Assembly (NCBI GenBank): GCA_029259155.1
Contig: JAPDJI010000001.1
Span: 32,001 to 96,000 of the forward strand
Reading direction: 5' to 3'
Source of the DNA: Candidatus Methanomethylicia archaeon
GTDB taxonomy: Archaea > Thermoproteota > Methanomethylicia > Nezhaarchaeales > B40-G2
DNA: 64,000 nucleotides
Shown: piece by piece, positions 8,385 to 17,640 of the stretch
How positions within the stretch are numbered: position 1 is the first letter of the stretch
How the letters are laid out: each line of letters starts with the position of its first letter
Notes under the pieces: model-generated
Databases searched by the model: none
Seen by the model: the letters and a program-made list of their open reading frames with translations, nothing else
What the model was told of the DNA's origin: nothing
Position numbers and translations under genes: made by a program

Positions 8385-9071
8385 ATGGCATTAAAGGATC
8401 TACTGGGCGTAGGTGAGGAAGCCTCTCCAGAACAGCTGGCTTCAAAGATACCTCAACACCTAAATGACCTTCTTAGAAAATATGGTGAACTGACAAGGGA
8501 AGAGAAGATAGCTATAGGTCGGAGTATCCCACTGCTTTACCCAAACCTATCTCAAGCTCCACCAGAGCTTCAAAGCTTAGAGTATGTAGGAGCCTATAGC
8601 GAAGGCCTCGTTGTGAGGGGTGGAAGCTACGGTAACTGGGCTCTCTACAGAGCTAGAAGACCTATAGTGCTTGGAGGGCGTTTTGGCTACGGTGCTCTTG
8701 GCGAGTCAGAGGAGGCGGTAGTGCTTGGAGGTTTCTTCACTACGTCAGCTTTCTGGGCTGCTAAAAAACCAATAGTGGTCGGAGGCCAGCTTGGCCAAGA
8801 CGCCTTCCTAAGAGCAGAGGGGGTGAAATGCTACGTAAACACTATAGGATCTCTATGTGAAACCCTTAGCGGAGTAATAGTTGCTAAGAAGCTTGGCAGC
8901 GTAGTGGCCCCAGCCTCAACCCTAACCATATACTGTGTAGAGGTAGACCATGGAAGTGAACACTGTATTAAGATAAACGAGGAGGACTTTGACGACCAGC
9001 TCACTCTCGATGGGCTGGAGAAGGCCTTAGAAAAGCTTAAACTTAAGTATGGTAACCAGTGCCGAAGGTAG
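8385..9071 (+). CDS. Hypothetical protein with four tandem 18-aa repeats
   Basis: 228-aa ORF with GGGAG RBS; repeat unit (I/V)VxGGx(F/Y/L)xxxA(L/F)xx(A/S)xxx. Confidence 0.7.
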   Translation: MALKDLLGVGEEASPEQLASKIPQHLNDLLRKYGELTREEKIAIGRSIPLLYPNLSQAPPELQSLEYVGAYSEGLVVRGGSYGNWALYRARRPIVLGGRFGYGALGESEEAVVLGGFFTTSAFWAAKKPIVVGGQLGQDAFLRAEGVKCYVNTIGSLCETLSGVIVAKKLGSVVAPASTLTIYCVEVDHGSEHCIKINEEDFDDQLTLDGLEKALEKLKLKYGNQCRR

Positions 9072-9579
9072 TGGAGGCTACGCCTTGGAGTACCTAGAGA
9101 TCAAGGCTGAACCCAATAAGACTAAGAGGATAAAAGTTGAATGCGGAGAGTATGAAGTCATCCTTGAGGTTAAGCCTAAAACTACACCTAAACCTCTCGA
9201 AGGAAAACTGGCCCTCGTCTTAGATCAAACCCATAAAGGCTACAGTCAAACCCTCGAAAGGTACACACCTAGCGGAGTCGAAATCCATGAAATAGCAGGT
9301 ATAGGCTTAACCGAGACCGTAAAGGTAGGGGAACGGACCTATAGACATCCAGCTGTCGACGACTACGACGTTCTAAGAGTCATAGAGAGCTTAACCAAAC
9401 GCTTCCCTGTAACGATTTTCGTCACTGGAGACAAAACCCTCAGTGAAGAAGCCAAGCTCTTAAGGACAGCTAAAGGTCTAAACGTCGAAGTCCGCTACAT
9501 GCCGCCCTCCGACTACATGGGAAAGGAAGCTATCATACAGGCCATCATAGACACCATTAAGCAGATACTTGAAGCCTAA
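9049..9579 (+). CDS. Hypothetical protein, possible PIN/NYN-like fold
   Basis: LALVLDQ...DDYDVL...IFVTGDKTL resembles the spacing of PIN/NYN acidic motifs (weak). Confidence 0.55.
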   Translation: MVTSAEGSGGYALEYLEIKAEPNKTKRIKVECGEYEVILEVKPKTTPKPLEGKLALVLDQTHKGYSQTLERYTPSGVEIHEIAGIGLTETVKVGERTYRHPAVDDYDVLRVIESLTKRFPVTIFVTGDKTLSEEAKLLRTAKGLNVEVRYMPPSDYMGKEAIIQAIIDTIKQILEA

Positions 9580-9609
9580 ACGGCCAACCAAGCCGCAATG
9601 GAGTAATCA

Positions 9610-9616
9610 TTTAAAA
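9610..9616 (+). promoter_or_regulatory. Probable TATA box of the tRNA-Gln promoter
   Basis: TTTAAAA about 25-30 nt upstream of the mature tRNA 5' end. Confidence 0.5.
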
Positions 9617-9640
9617 CCCCCTCTCTATAACACAGCCCGG

Positions 9641-9713
9641 AGCCGGGTGGTGTAGCGGCCAAGCATCACGGGCTTTGGCCCCGTGGACGGCGGTTCAAAT
9701 CCGCCCCCGGCTA
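9641..9713 (+). tRNA. tRNA-Gln(UUG), intronless, CCA not encoded
   Basis: Acceptor AGCCGGG/CCCGGCT+A, D-arm TGGTGTAGCGGCCAAGCA, anticodon stem ACGGG/CCCGT with loop CTTTGGC (TTG at 9675-9677), T-arm GGCGG-TTCAAAT-CCGCC. Confidence 0.95.
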
Positions 9714-9895
9714 TAATTGAATAACTAAAGTTTTGCTCTGATTTTGACCCTTGGCCCTTCGTTAGGGATTAAAAATTTTGGATGAACTCATGTAAATCTT
9801 CCATCAGTTTTCCTACTCAATCATACTAAGGTAGACTTGCATGGCGAATAGTCTTTATTAAGGGGGTTTGCTTTATCTGGGGCGCTGCTGGAGGT

Positions 9896-12217
9896 ATGGA
9901 GGGCTCCGAGGCCTCAGGTTACCATGACCGTTTCGTATGGATTTTAGATAGACTACGTGGGTTCAGAGGACCCTTCGTCTTAGCTGGGCTGCGCATGTAC
10001 CTTATGGGTCTTGAAAACGGAGGTTTTGAAGGCAGGTGGAATGGTGTATGGAACCTCCCGATAAAGGTGGCTGACTCTATAGACTTTGGCGTTAGCTTAA
10101 ATGGCGAGAGGATTCTGTGGCTGAAAGATCATTGTGTCAGGTGTGAGGCTCATGTATCACACGCTGAAAGGGTCTATGTTCTCCCTAACGGTTTAACGAT
10201 TAGGGAGAAGGTGTTTATACCAGACGTATACCGAGCGGTATGTTGGCTTTTCAGGTTTGAAGGGGTTAGAAATCTAGGCCTAAAGTTCATTGTTAGGCCT
10301 GTCATCAACCTCATGTGGGAGGTTAGGCAGGCTGGTGAACCGTGGCGTGAGAAAAGGATGCTGGCTGTCTATGACCGTGCCAGGAGAGCTTTGATATTTA
10401 GACATCACATGAGGCCTGAGTGGTTAGCTATCTTTGGAGGAAGCCTTGAACCTAGCGTGGTGAGCGTAGGACATCAAGAAGGTGTAGGGCTTCCAAGAGA
10501 GAATAGAATTCCAGGTCCTCGTGAACACATCTACGGCGAAGCGCTGATGGTTTACGACCTTCGCTTAGGCGATGAAGACTCATTGGAGCTCTCCTTCGTG
10601 CTTGTCGGAGGAGTAGCCTCCTTGATCTTTCTCCTAAGAGAGTATGACGAAGCAGCGAAGGGGGTTCAAGAACTTTTTGAGAGGAGCCGGAAGAGCGTAA
10701 TGGACTATCTGCTTAACACCGTCGATCTCTCTGTGGGGCATGCAGCTATCGATAAGGCTTTCACCTGGTCGAAAGTAAACTTACACCTCCTCAAGCATTA
10801 TCAGAGAGGCTATGGCTTGGGCTTTATGGCAGGCCTTCCTCACTTCCCAATCTACTTCGGTAGAGATACGGTGTGGACTCTTTTCGGCATAAATGCTATA
10901 GGTGACTTTGAGGCCTCTAAAGGATCTCTAAGTCTTCTTGCTAGGTTTCAGGCTAAGGAGGATGGCGAGGATCAACTCATGGTCCCCTACTATAAAGGGG
11001 AAGTACCTCATGAAGTGAGGACCGATGGCACGGTAATATACTACAGCATAGACTCCACTCCTCTCTTCGTAGTAGGGGTTTACGACTACTACTTATGGTC
11101 TGGTGACGAAGTCTTCCTAAGGTACATCTACGACAATGTCCATAAGGCGCTTGCCTGGTGTTTCGAGTCTGATAGGGATGGAGATGGCCTCGTAGATCAT
11201 GGACCTGAAGGCTTCCTACCCGATGTTACTTGGATGGACTCTACGTTTAGAGGTAAATCGGCTATTGACGTCCAAGCCATCTTCGCTTATGCTTTCAAGT
11301 GTGGAGCTGAGATCGCTAAAGTGGTCGGAGACGTGGACATGGAGAAGGTGGCTTATCGTAAATATGAGGAGCTAAAGGACCTCCTCATTAAACACTACTG
11401 GGATGAAGAGCGAGACTTTTTCTATGATGCCATCAAGCCTGACGGAGAGCCCAGCGCTGACATGACCGTTAACGCCGTGGTTCCGCTTCTCTTCAACCTT
11501 GTGGAGGAAGAGAAGGCTGACAAAGTGCTCTGTAAGCTTGAAAGCCCTGATTTCATGACTGACTGGGGTGTCAGGACGAGGGCTAAGAGCGATCCTGAGT
11601 ATGATGGTAGAAGTTACCAAAAAGGTGGGGTTTGGCCCTTCACCACGGGTTGGGTGGCGCTCGCTCAATTCAGGTATGGTAGGCTTAGTGAAGGCTACGA
11701 CATAATCTTGAGGATGGCTGAGGCTCAGCACTTCATTCCAGCTTACTTCAGAGAGGTGCTGCCTGGCGATGGATCGATCAAAGAGGCGTTGTCCCAGCAC
11801 CCACTTGGATGCTTTATTCAGGCCTGGTCTGCAGGTATTTATCTGTACTCTCTTATTACCGGATTAATGGAAGTAGAGCCTAGAGCCCACCTCGCCGAAG
11901 CTACGGTCTGTCCTTACATGCACAGCTTGTCAATACAGCTCTACCTCGACAAGCTGCGAGTGGGTTCAAGCATGCTTGACTTAAAACTGAAGCGTAACGG
12001 AAGGATGGTAGAAGCAAAGTTACATGTTGAAGGCCGAGACCTTGACCTTAACTTAGGATTCAGGTCGAAGGGATCGAGCATGGACTGCGATGTCAAGCTA
12101 GACGGCTCCGACGTGGAGAGCTATATCCAGCCGGTAGGCAAGGAGTGCTTCAAGGTGCTAGCTCGAGTTAAGGTGAAGGAAGGTCAAACAGTTAAACTGA
12201 CCTATAGACTGAAATGA
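9896..12217 (+). CDS. Amylo-alpha-1,6-glucosidase / glycogen-debranching-like (alpha/alpha)6 glycoside hydrolase
   Basis: AGLPHF..YFGRDT, GEVPHE, YYSIDSTPLF, TWMDS, DWGVRT, YQKGGVWPF, QAWS. Confidence 0.85.
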   Translation: MEGSEASGYHDRFVWILDRLRGFRGPFVLAGLRMYLMGLENGGFEGRWNGVWNLPIKVADSIDFGVSLNGERILWLKDHCVRCEAHVSHAERVYVLPNGLTIREKVFIPDVYRAVCWLFRFEGVRNLGLKFIVRPVINLMWEVRQAGEPWREKRMLAVYDRARRALIFRHHMRPEWLAIFGGSLEPSVVSVGHQEGVGLPRENRIPGPREHIYGEALMVYDLRLGDEDSLELSFVLVGGVASLIFLLREYDEAAKGVQELFERSRKSVMDYLLNTVDLSVGHAAIDKAFTWSKVNLHLLKHYQRGYGLGFMAGLPHFPIYFGRDTVWTLFGINAIGDFEASKGSLSLLARFQAKEDGEDQLMVPYYKGEVPHEVRTDGTVIYYSIDSTPLFVVGVYDYYLWSGDEVFLRYIYDNVHKALAWCFESDRDGDGLVDHGPEGFLPDVTWMDSTFRGKSAIDVQAIFAYAFKCGAEIAKVVGDVDMEKVAYRKYEELKDLLIKHYWDEERDFFYDAIKPDGEPSADMTVNAVVPLLFNLVEEEKADKVLCKLESPDFMTDWGVRTRAKSDPEYDGRSYQKGGVWPFTTGWVALAQFRYGRLSEGYDIILRMAEAQHFIPAYFREVLPGDGSIKEALSQHPLGCFIQAWSAGIYLYSLITGLMEVEPRAHLAEATVCPYMHSLSIQLYLDKLRVGSSMLDLKLKRNGRMVEAKLHVEGRDLDLNLGFRSKGSSMDCDVKLDGSDVESYIQPVGKECFKVLARVKVKEGQTVKLTYRLK

Positions 12218-12343
12218 CTCTTTGTTCATGAAGAGTTGGCTTCACGTCATTCATGTAACGAGCGCGCTACCGAAAGAAAAATTAACCCCCTTTACGGCGC
12301 CCCCTCCCCCTTATATATAATAATATTAAGTGGGGGGTTCAGC

Positions 12344-13438
12344 GTGGAGGCCCTAAACATCGGTTTACTAAGCACCTGCGTGTTAACTACTCCACCTGGA
12401 GGCTATGGGGGCACTGAAGCAGCGGTTGCTGACTTGGCAGTAGCTTTAGCGAAGCAGGGCCATAGAGTAACGGTGTATGGGGCTGAAGGTTCGAGAAAGC
12501 TCATGGCAGAGCACGTCGATGACCCTGATTTGATCGACGTGGTCGAGTGGTGCCCTCTTATCGAGGACTGGGTCGGGTCAGAAGCTTCGGTGAGGGTTAA
12601 GGAGGCTGAATATGTGAGTTTTGAGGAGTTTAAGGAACTAATAAGCATGCACGACGTAGTTAACGATCATACTTGGTTTAAGCCAGGATTAAAGCTTAGA
12701 GCTGAAGGCAAGGCTGCCTGTGCTACCTGTCACGGCTTCCACGTGGAACTCCCTGATATAAATGTGGATAAGAAATGTATTATAGGCGTGTCCAAGTGGC
12801 ATGCCAACTACTTGTCACATACCCTCAACTTGAAGGCTGAGTGGGCCTACAACCCAGTTGACATCAGCAAGTATGAGGTTGAGAAGAACAAGGAAGATTT
12901 CATACTGTTCTTAGCTAGAATTTCACCCGAGAAGGGGGCCATGGAGTTCGTGGAGATCTGTAGGGAGCTTGGCGTTAAGGGTGTGGTAGCAGGGTCGATC
13001 TCGGTGGTGTCAGATAAAGACTATGTCAGGAGGGTTAAGGAGCTCTGTGAAGGTAGCCAGGGGCTGGTGAGGTTTATTGGTGAAGTAGACTTTAACGGTA
13101 AGGTTAACCTGCTCAAGAGAGCTAAGGCCCTGGTTATACCGTTGTCTCCTAGGTACTGGGAGGTCTTCGGAATAGTGTTCATTGAGGCTATGGCCTGTGG
13201 AACTCCTGTAATAACTACGGATAGAGGTGCCCCCAGAGAACTCATTATTCAGAGTAAGACAGGTTACGTATGCAGCGATCTAGAGGAGCTAAAAGGAGTG
13301 GTGGCTAGATTGATGAGGGGCGACCTGGTATTTGACTCTGACGACTGCAGGAGGAGAGCTGAAGAGTTTGATAGGATGAATGTAGTTAAAAGATACGTGG
13401 AGCTTTATAGAAGAGTTTTGAGCGGTGACGCTTGGTAA
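12344..13438 (+). CDS. Glycosyltransferase family 4 (GT-B)
   Basis: PPGGYGGTE, LFLARISPEKG, EVFGIVFIEAMACGTPVI. GTG 12344 follows a GGGGGG RBS. Confidence 0.9.
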   Translation: MEALNIGLLSTCVLTTPPGGYGGTEAAVADLAVALAKQGHRVTVYGAEGSRKLMAEHVDDPDLIDVVEWCPLIEDWVGSEASVRVKEAEYVSFEEFKELISMHDVVNDHTWFKPGLKLRAEGKAACATCHGFHVELPDINVDKKCIIGVSKWHANYLSHTLNLKAEWAYNPVDISKYEVEKNKEDFILFLARISPEKGAMEFVEICRELGVKGVVAGSISVVSDKDYVRRVKELCEGSQGLVRFIGEVDFNGKVNLLKRAKALVIPLSPRYWEVFGIVFIEAMACGTPVITTDRGAPRELIIQSKTGYVCSDLEELKGVVARLMRGDLVFDSDDCRRRAEEFDRMNVVKRYVELYRRVLSGDAW

Positions 13439-13686
13439 ATAGGCTATCTAAACAAGGTAAATGTAAGGTCAAAGGGTTAAGACACTACTATCATTATTTA
13501 GTTTTTTAATTCTTCTGCTTTTCTCTTCTATCGGTGGACTAATGAGTTCTTTGACCGTCTTTTTCAAGGCTTCTAGCAATTAAGCCCTAAGTCTATGCTT
13601 AAACCTCCTTACCGCTATGTAGCCGTGGGAACCTAACATCCTTTAATTCGTGAGACTTTTTAGGCTGAAGGACCTCTAGGCTAAGC

Positions 13687-15084
13687 GTGATCCTCGAAGA
13701 GGTCCTCTCAAAGCTAATTGACCATGCTTTGAAGGCTGGAGCCTCCTATGCCGATGCTAGGGCAAGGAGAGTAGAGGGAACCAGAGTAGAGGTAGTGGAT
13801 GGTGGTTTAAGGGAGGTTCGCTGCGGGCTAGAGGAAGGTTTTAACGTTAGAGTCTTGGTTGAAGGTACGTGGGGCTTTGCTTCCTCCTCTTTTGTCAGCC
13901 CTGAGGAAAGCCTAAGGTTGGTCAAAAAGGCTATCAGTGCAGCTAAGGCTCTGGCTGGAAGAGTGAAGCAACGAGCGGAGGTTTACCCTCAGTCTACGTT
14001 GAGGAGTAAGGCGAGGGTTAAGGTGAAAGTTCCTCTAAACTCCGTGGACTTGGAAGAGAAGGTTGAATTAGCCTTTAAACTGAATAAGGAGTCTTTGAGC
14101 TTAGATGAGAAGGTGAAGAGCGCCACCACTGTATATAGTGATGCTGTGGAGGCGAGGGCTGTTTACACTTCTCATGGCAGATACGTAGAGGTGGAGACTA
14201 GCTACCTATACTTATCATCTCTTGCCTACGCCTTTGAGGCTGGGTTGAGGCAGAGAGGCTTTAAGGTTCATGGCGGTGTCGGGGGCTTTGAGCTGACTCG
14301 GAGCACAGAGGCTTTAGAGTTGGGGGTTGAGGCTGCATCCATGGCTCTACGTCTCCTTAAAGCTCCTCCTTCGCCCTCAGGTAGGTTTACCTGTGTACTT
14401 GACCCTGAAATTGCGGGTACGTTTATCCATGAGGCTTTCGGCCATGCTTGTGAAGCTGATCTTGTTCTGAGCAACTCCTCTATCCTTGAGGGAAAGCTGG
14501 GTACTAGAGTAGGTAGTGAGGAGGTGACGGTGGTAGATGATCCGATGCTTGAAGGACTTTACGGCTGGTATCCCTTCGACGATGAAGCTTCTGAGGGTAG
14601 GAGGACGGTGATCGTGGAGGAAGGCATACTTAAGAGTTTTCTGCACAGCCTCGAGACGGCTATTTCACTTAGAGCTAAGCCTACCGGCAACGCGAGGGCG
14701 CAGGGATACAGTAGTAGGCCCATAGTACGCATGACCAATACCTTCATAGCCCCAGGTACCTGGAAACCTGAAGAACTATTAGGAGAGACGAAGACGGGCC
14801 TCTACGTTAAAGGCAGTAACTATGGCTACGTGGACACGGCTAAAGGCTTGTTCTCCTTTAAATGTAAGGAAGCCTACCTCCTAGAGAACGGTGAGCCTTC
14901 CAAGCTCCTTAGAGACGTGGCTCTCTCAGGCTTAACTCTAGAAGTGTTAATAAATGTGGATGGTGTAGCCAACGATCTTAAATTCAACCCAGGCATATGC
15001 GGTAAAGAAGGGCAATACGTGCCTGTCACTGACGGTTCTCCTCACATAAGGGTGAAAGGAGTGCTAGTAGGAGGAGGTTCTTGA
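13687..15084 (+). CDS. tldD: TldD metalloprotease subunit
   Basis: YADAR, G.WGFAS, HEAFGHACEAD (HExxxH), GNARAQ, PIVRMTNT, CGKEGQ.VPV. Confidence 0.92.
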   Translation: MILEEVLSKLIDHALKAGASYADARARRVEGTRVEVVDGGLREVRCGLEEGFNVRVLVEGTWGFASSSFVSPEESLRLVKKAISAAKALAGRVKQRAEVYPQSTLRSKARVKVKVPLNSVDLEEKVELAFKLNKESLSLDEKVKSATTVYSDAVEARAVYTSHGRYVEVETSYLYLSSLAYAFEAGLRQRGFKVHGGVGGFELTRSTEALELGVEAASMALRLLKAPPSPSGRFTCVLDPEIAGTFIHEAFGHACEADLVLSNSSILEGKLGTRVGSEEVTVVDDPMLEGLYGWYPFDDEASEGRRTVIVEEGILKSFLHSLETAISLRAKPTGNARAQGYSSRPIVRMTNTFIAPGTWKPEELLGETKTGLYVKGSNYGYVDTAKGLFSFKCKEAYLLENGEPSKLLRDVALSGLTLEVLINVDGVANDLKFNPGICGKEGQYVPVTDGSPHIRVKGVLVGGGS

Positions 15085-16439
15085 TGGAGCTGAACGCCGA
15101 GCTACCTCGCTTAGCGGTGGAGCAGGCCTTAAAAATGGGCGTTGAGCAGGCAGAAGCTTTCGCTACGGTAGCTCGGCGTGTGTCGGTAAACGCTGAAAAA
15201 TGGGATATTAAACAAGCCACAGTTTCCTTCACGGGCGGTTTAGCAGTTAGAGTAATTAAGCAACGACGTCTAGGGGCTAGCTACACCAGCAAGTTAACTC
15301 CTCAAAGCACTTATGAAGCGGTAAAGAAGGCTGTGAAGCAGGCTTCAATAAGCTTCCTTGAGGATGTTCGCTTACAAGGCCTACCTGGGCCATCCAAACC
15401 TACTGAGGTGGAGGGTATATGGGATCCTGGGCTTGCCGACCTTGAACCTGAAGACGCAGTTCGCTTCGTTTCCGAGAGCTTAGAAGCCTCCAGAATAGAT
15501 CCCCGCCTATCTTCCATAAACATCTCATTTTCCTCCGTGTCTAGAACCGTAGCTATAGCGAACTCGCTGGGTGTTGAAGGAGAGTTTAAGGATTCATGGG
15601 CTAGGATAGATGTGGAGGCAGTAGCTAAGGATGGAGTAGAACAGGCCTCAGGCTACTGTCCTGGCTGGCGTAGGAGGTTAAAGGAACTTAAAGGATGGAT
15701 GTTTGCTCAGGAAGCTGCTAGGGAGGCTTTGATGGGTCTTGGAGCTAGGAAGGTCAAGACTCAAGACCTGCCAGTCATACTGAGCGGTTTAGCACTACAC
15801 GCTACGATTTCTTCGATAAGCTATGCTCTCGACGCCGAGCTAGTGCAGCGAGGAAGATCCTTTATTTCAAACCTACTAGGTGTTAAAGCGGCGTCTCCTC
15901 TATTAACCATAATCGACGACGCCACTACGCCTGGAGGGGTCAGGAGCAGACCTTTCGATGCTGAAGGGTCTCCCTCGAAGAAGGTGGTGTTGGTAGAGTC
16001 AGGAGTGATCAAGTCTTGTTTACATAACTACTACACGGCCTCTTATGAAGGAGTAGAGAGTACAGGACATGCTGCTAGAAATGGAGGTTTCAGCTACAAT
16101 GGTAGGGTGGGAGTGGCGCCCACTAACCTTTTCGTTAAACCTAGCGGTAAGGGGGGAGCTGAAGACCTAGCGAGCGAAGCTGGCAGAGCGCTGTTGATGA
16201 AGACAACCTTCGATAAACCTAACTTGGCAACCGGTGATTTCTCAGCTGTGGTTGTCAGTGGCTTCATGGTTGAGGAGGGCTCCGTAACTTATCCTGTTAA
16301 ACAGGCGGTGGTACATTTCAACCTTTCAGACCTCATGAGAAACATCGATGCTGTAGGGGGTTCCCTGGAGGAAATATTAGATCTACGGTCTCCTCCTATC
16401 TTGGTCTCAAGAGCTAGAATCGCGGGATCAGCTATTTAG
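15081..16439 (+). CDS. pmbA: TldE/PmbA subunit
   Basis: PFDAEG, STGHA, N.ATGDFS, no HExxxH; coupled to tldD. Confidence 0.9.
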   Translation: MMELNAELPRLAVEQALKMGVEQAEAFATVARRVSVNAEKWDIKQATVSFTGGLAVRVIKQRRLGASYTSKLTPQSTYEAVKKAVKQASISFLEDVRLQGLPGPSKPTEVEGIWDPGLADLEPEDAVRFVSESLEASRIDPRLSSINISFSSVSRTVAIANSLGVEGEFKDSWARIDVEAVAKDGVEQASGYCPGWRRRLKELKGWMFAQEAAREALMGLGARKVKTQDLPVILSGLALHATISSISYALDAELVQRGRSFISNLLGVKAASPLLTIIDDATTPGGVRSRPFDAEGSPSKKVVLVESGVIKSCLHNYYTASYEGVESTGHAARNGGFSYNGRVGVAPTNLFVKPSGKGGAEDLASEAGRALLMKTTFDKPNLATGDFSAVVVSGFMVEEGSVTYPVKQAVVHFNLSDLMRNIDAVGGSLEEILDLRSPPILVSRARIAGSAI

Positions 16440-16544
16440 CTCTCTACATCATATTATTCTCCTACTCCATTAATATATAGAGATTAACTTTTTATGAAAG
16501 TTTAAATAAGATCAGTGGAAGACTAAATAATCTGGGAGAAGTTT

Positions 16545-17552
16545 ATGGAGAGTAGAAGGGTTCAACTTGTCGGTGGAGCGACCTACACTGTTTCTTTACC
16601 TAAAGCATGGGCTCAAAGGGCTGGTCTTAAACCTAGCAGCCAGGTATACATGCTTGAACAAAGCGATGGCTCACTTATCATTTATCCTAGTAGGGCTCCT
16701 GTGGGGAAACGTGAGCTAACCATTACCACTACTCCAGGCGAGAAAGCCAGTATACTTTCACGGAAGATTATAGCTGCCTATCTAGATGGCTATGACGTCA
16801 TAAAGATACAGTCAATGGGTAGATTGACCTATGAGCAATTGAAGGAGATAGACGACTTCGTGAAGAGAATGAGCGGCCTGGAAATCATAGAAGAGTCGGC
16901 GGAAGGAGTGACGATAAACGCTCTTGTAAGCATTACCGATTTCCCTGTGGAGCGAGGTTTCCAGAGGGCTCACCTAATAACTTCGCTAATGTTTCAGGAA
17001 ACCATGAATGCCTTAAGGAAAGGTGATGTAGAACTGGCTAAAAGCGTAACCTTGAGGGATGGGGACGTTGACCGCATTTACTTCCTAGTAACTCGTCAAC
17101 TTAGGGCTGCTATCTCCAACCCCAGCACCGCTAAAGCCTTAGGCATGGACTCTTCAGATGCCATAGACTATCTCATAGCTATTAAGCGTATCGAGGATGC
17201 TGCGGATAGCATTGAGAACGTGGCCAACATGATTGAAAGCCTTTACCATAGCAGGGTTGTCATACCTGAGCCTCTCCTTAACGACCTCCTAGACATAGGT
17301 TCAGCCTCCTTCAACGCCTACGAGAAAGGTGTTAAAGCCTTCCTCTCTAAGGACCCCGTAATGGCTGACGAAGCCCTAGACACAAGGGTTTCGGTGGAGC
17401 GCATGCGCTGCAGAGTGGAAGGTAGCTTAGCTGAACAAAACCAGCTACTAGTACTTCATGTAGGTGTCATTCTAATCAACCTCCGCAACATAGCTTACCA
17501 CGGAGGCGACATAGCTGAGGTAGCCATAAACCGAGCTGTGAGGTTAAAGTAG
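16545..17552 (+). CDS. phoU: Archaeal phosphate uptake regulator (AbrB-like N-terminus plus tandem PhoU domains)
   Basis: RRVQLVGGATYTVSLPKAWA, IIAAYLDGYD, DGDVDRIYFL, KRIEDAAD. TTTAAATA TATA box at 16501-16508. Confidence 0.85.
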   Translation: MESRRVQLVGGATYTVSLPKAWAQRAGLKPSSQVYMLEQSDGSLIIYPSRAPVGKRELTITTTPGEKASILSRKIIAAYLDGYDVIKIQSMGRLTYEQLKEIDDFVKRMSGLEIIEESAEGVTINALVSITDFPVERGFQRAHLITSLMFQETMNALRKGDVELAKSVTLRDGDVDRIYFLVTRQLRAAISNPSTAKALGMDSSDAIDYLIAIKRIEDAADSIENVANMIESLYHSRVVIPEPLLNDLLDIGSASFNAYEKGVKAFLSKDPVMADEALDTRVSVERMRCRVEGSLAEQNQLLVLHVGVILINLRNIAYHGGDIAEVAINRAVRLK

Positions 17553-17640
17553 CTTCCTCTCCACCCTTCTTTAGCTTCTCATAGAAAAACTTAAGATTAC
17601 TTCAGAGCGATCTTTCTATCCCCAGGAAAAGGGAAAAGCC

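Noticed and set aside
13463-13580. Short minus-strand ORF (MLEALKKTVKELISPPIEEK...)
   Set aside because: About 36 aa, no RBS at suitable spacing and no recognisable motif; at most a gene remnant. Coordinates approximate.
9641-13686. Integrated element at tRNA-Gln
   Set aside because: No integrase, and no duplicate of the tRNA 3' end found by eye.
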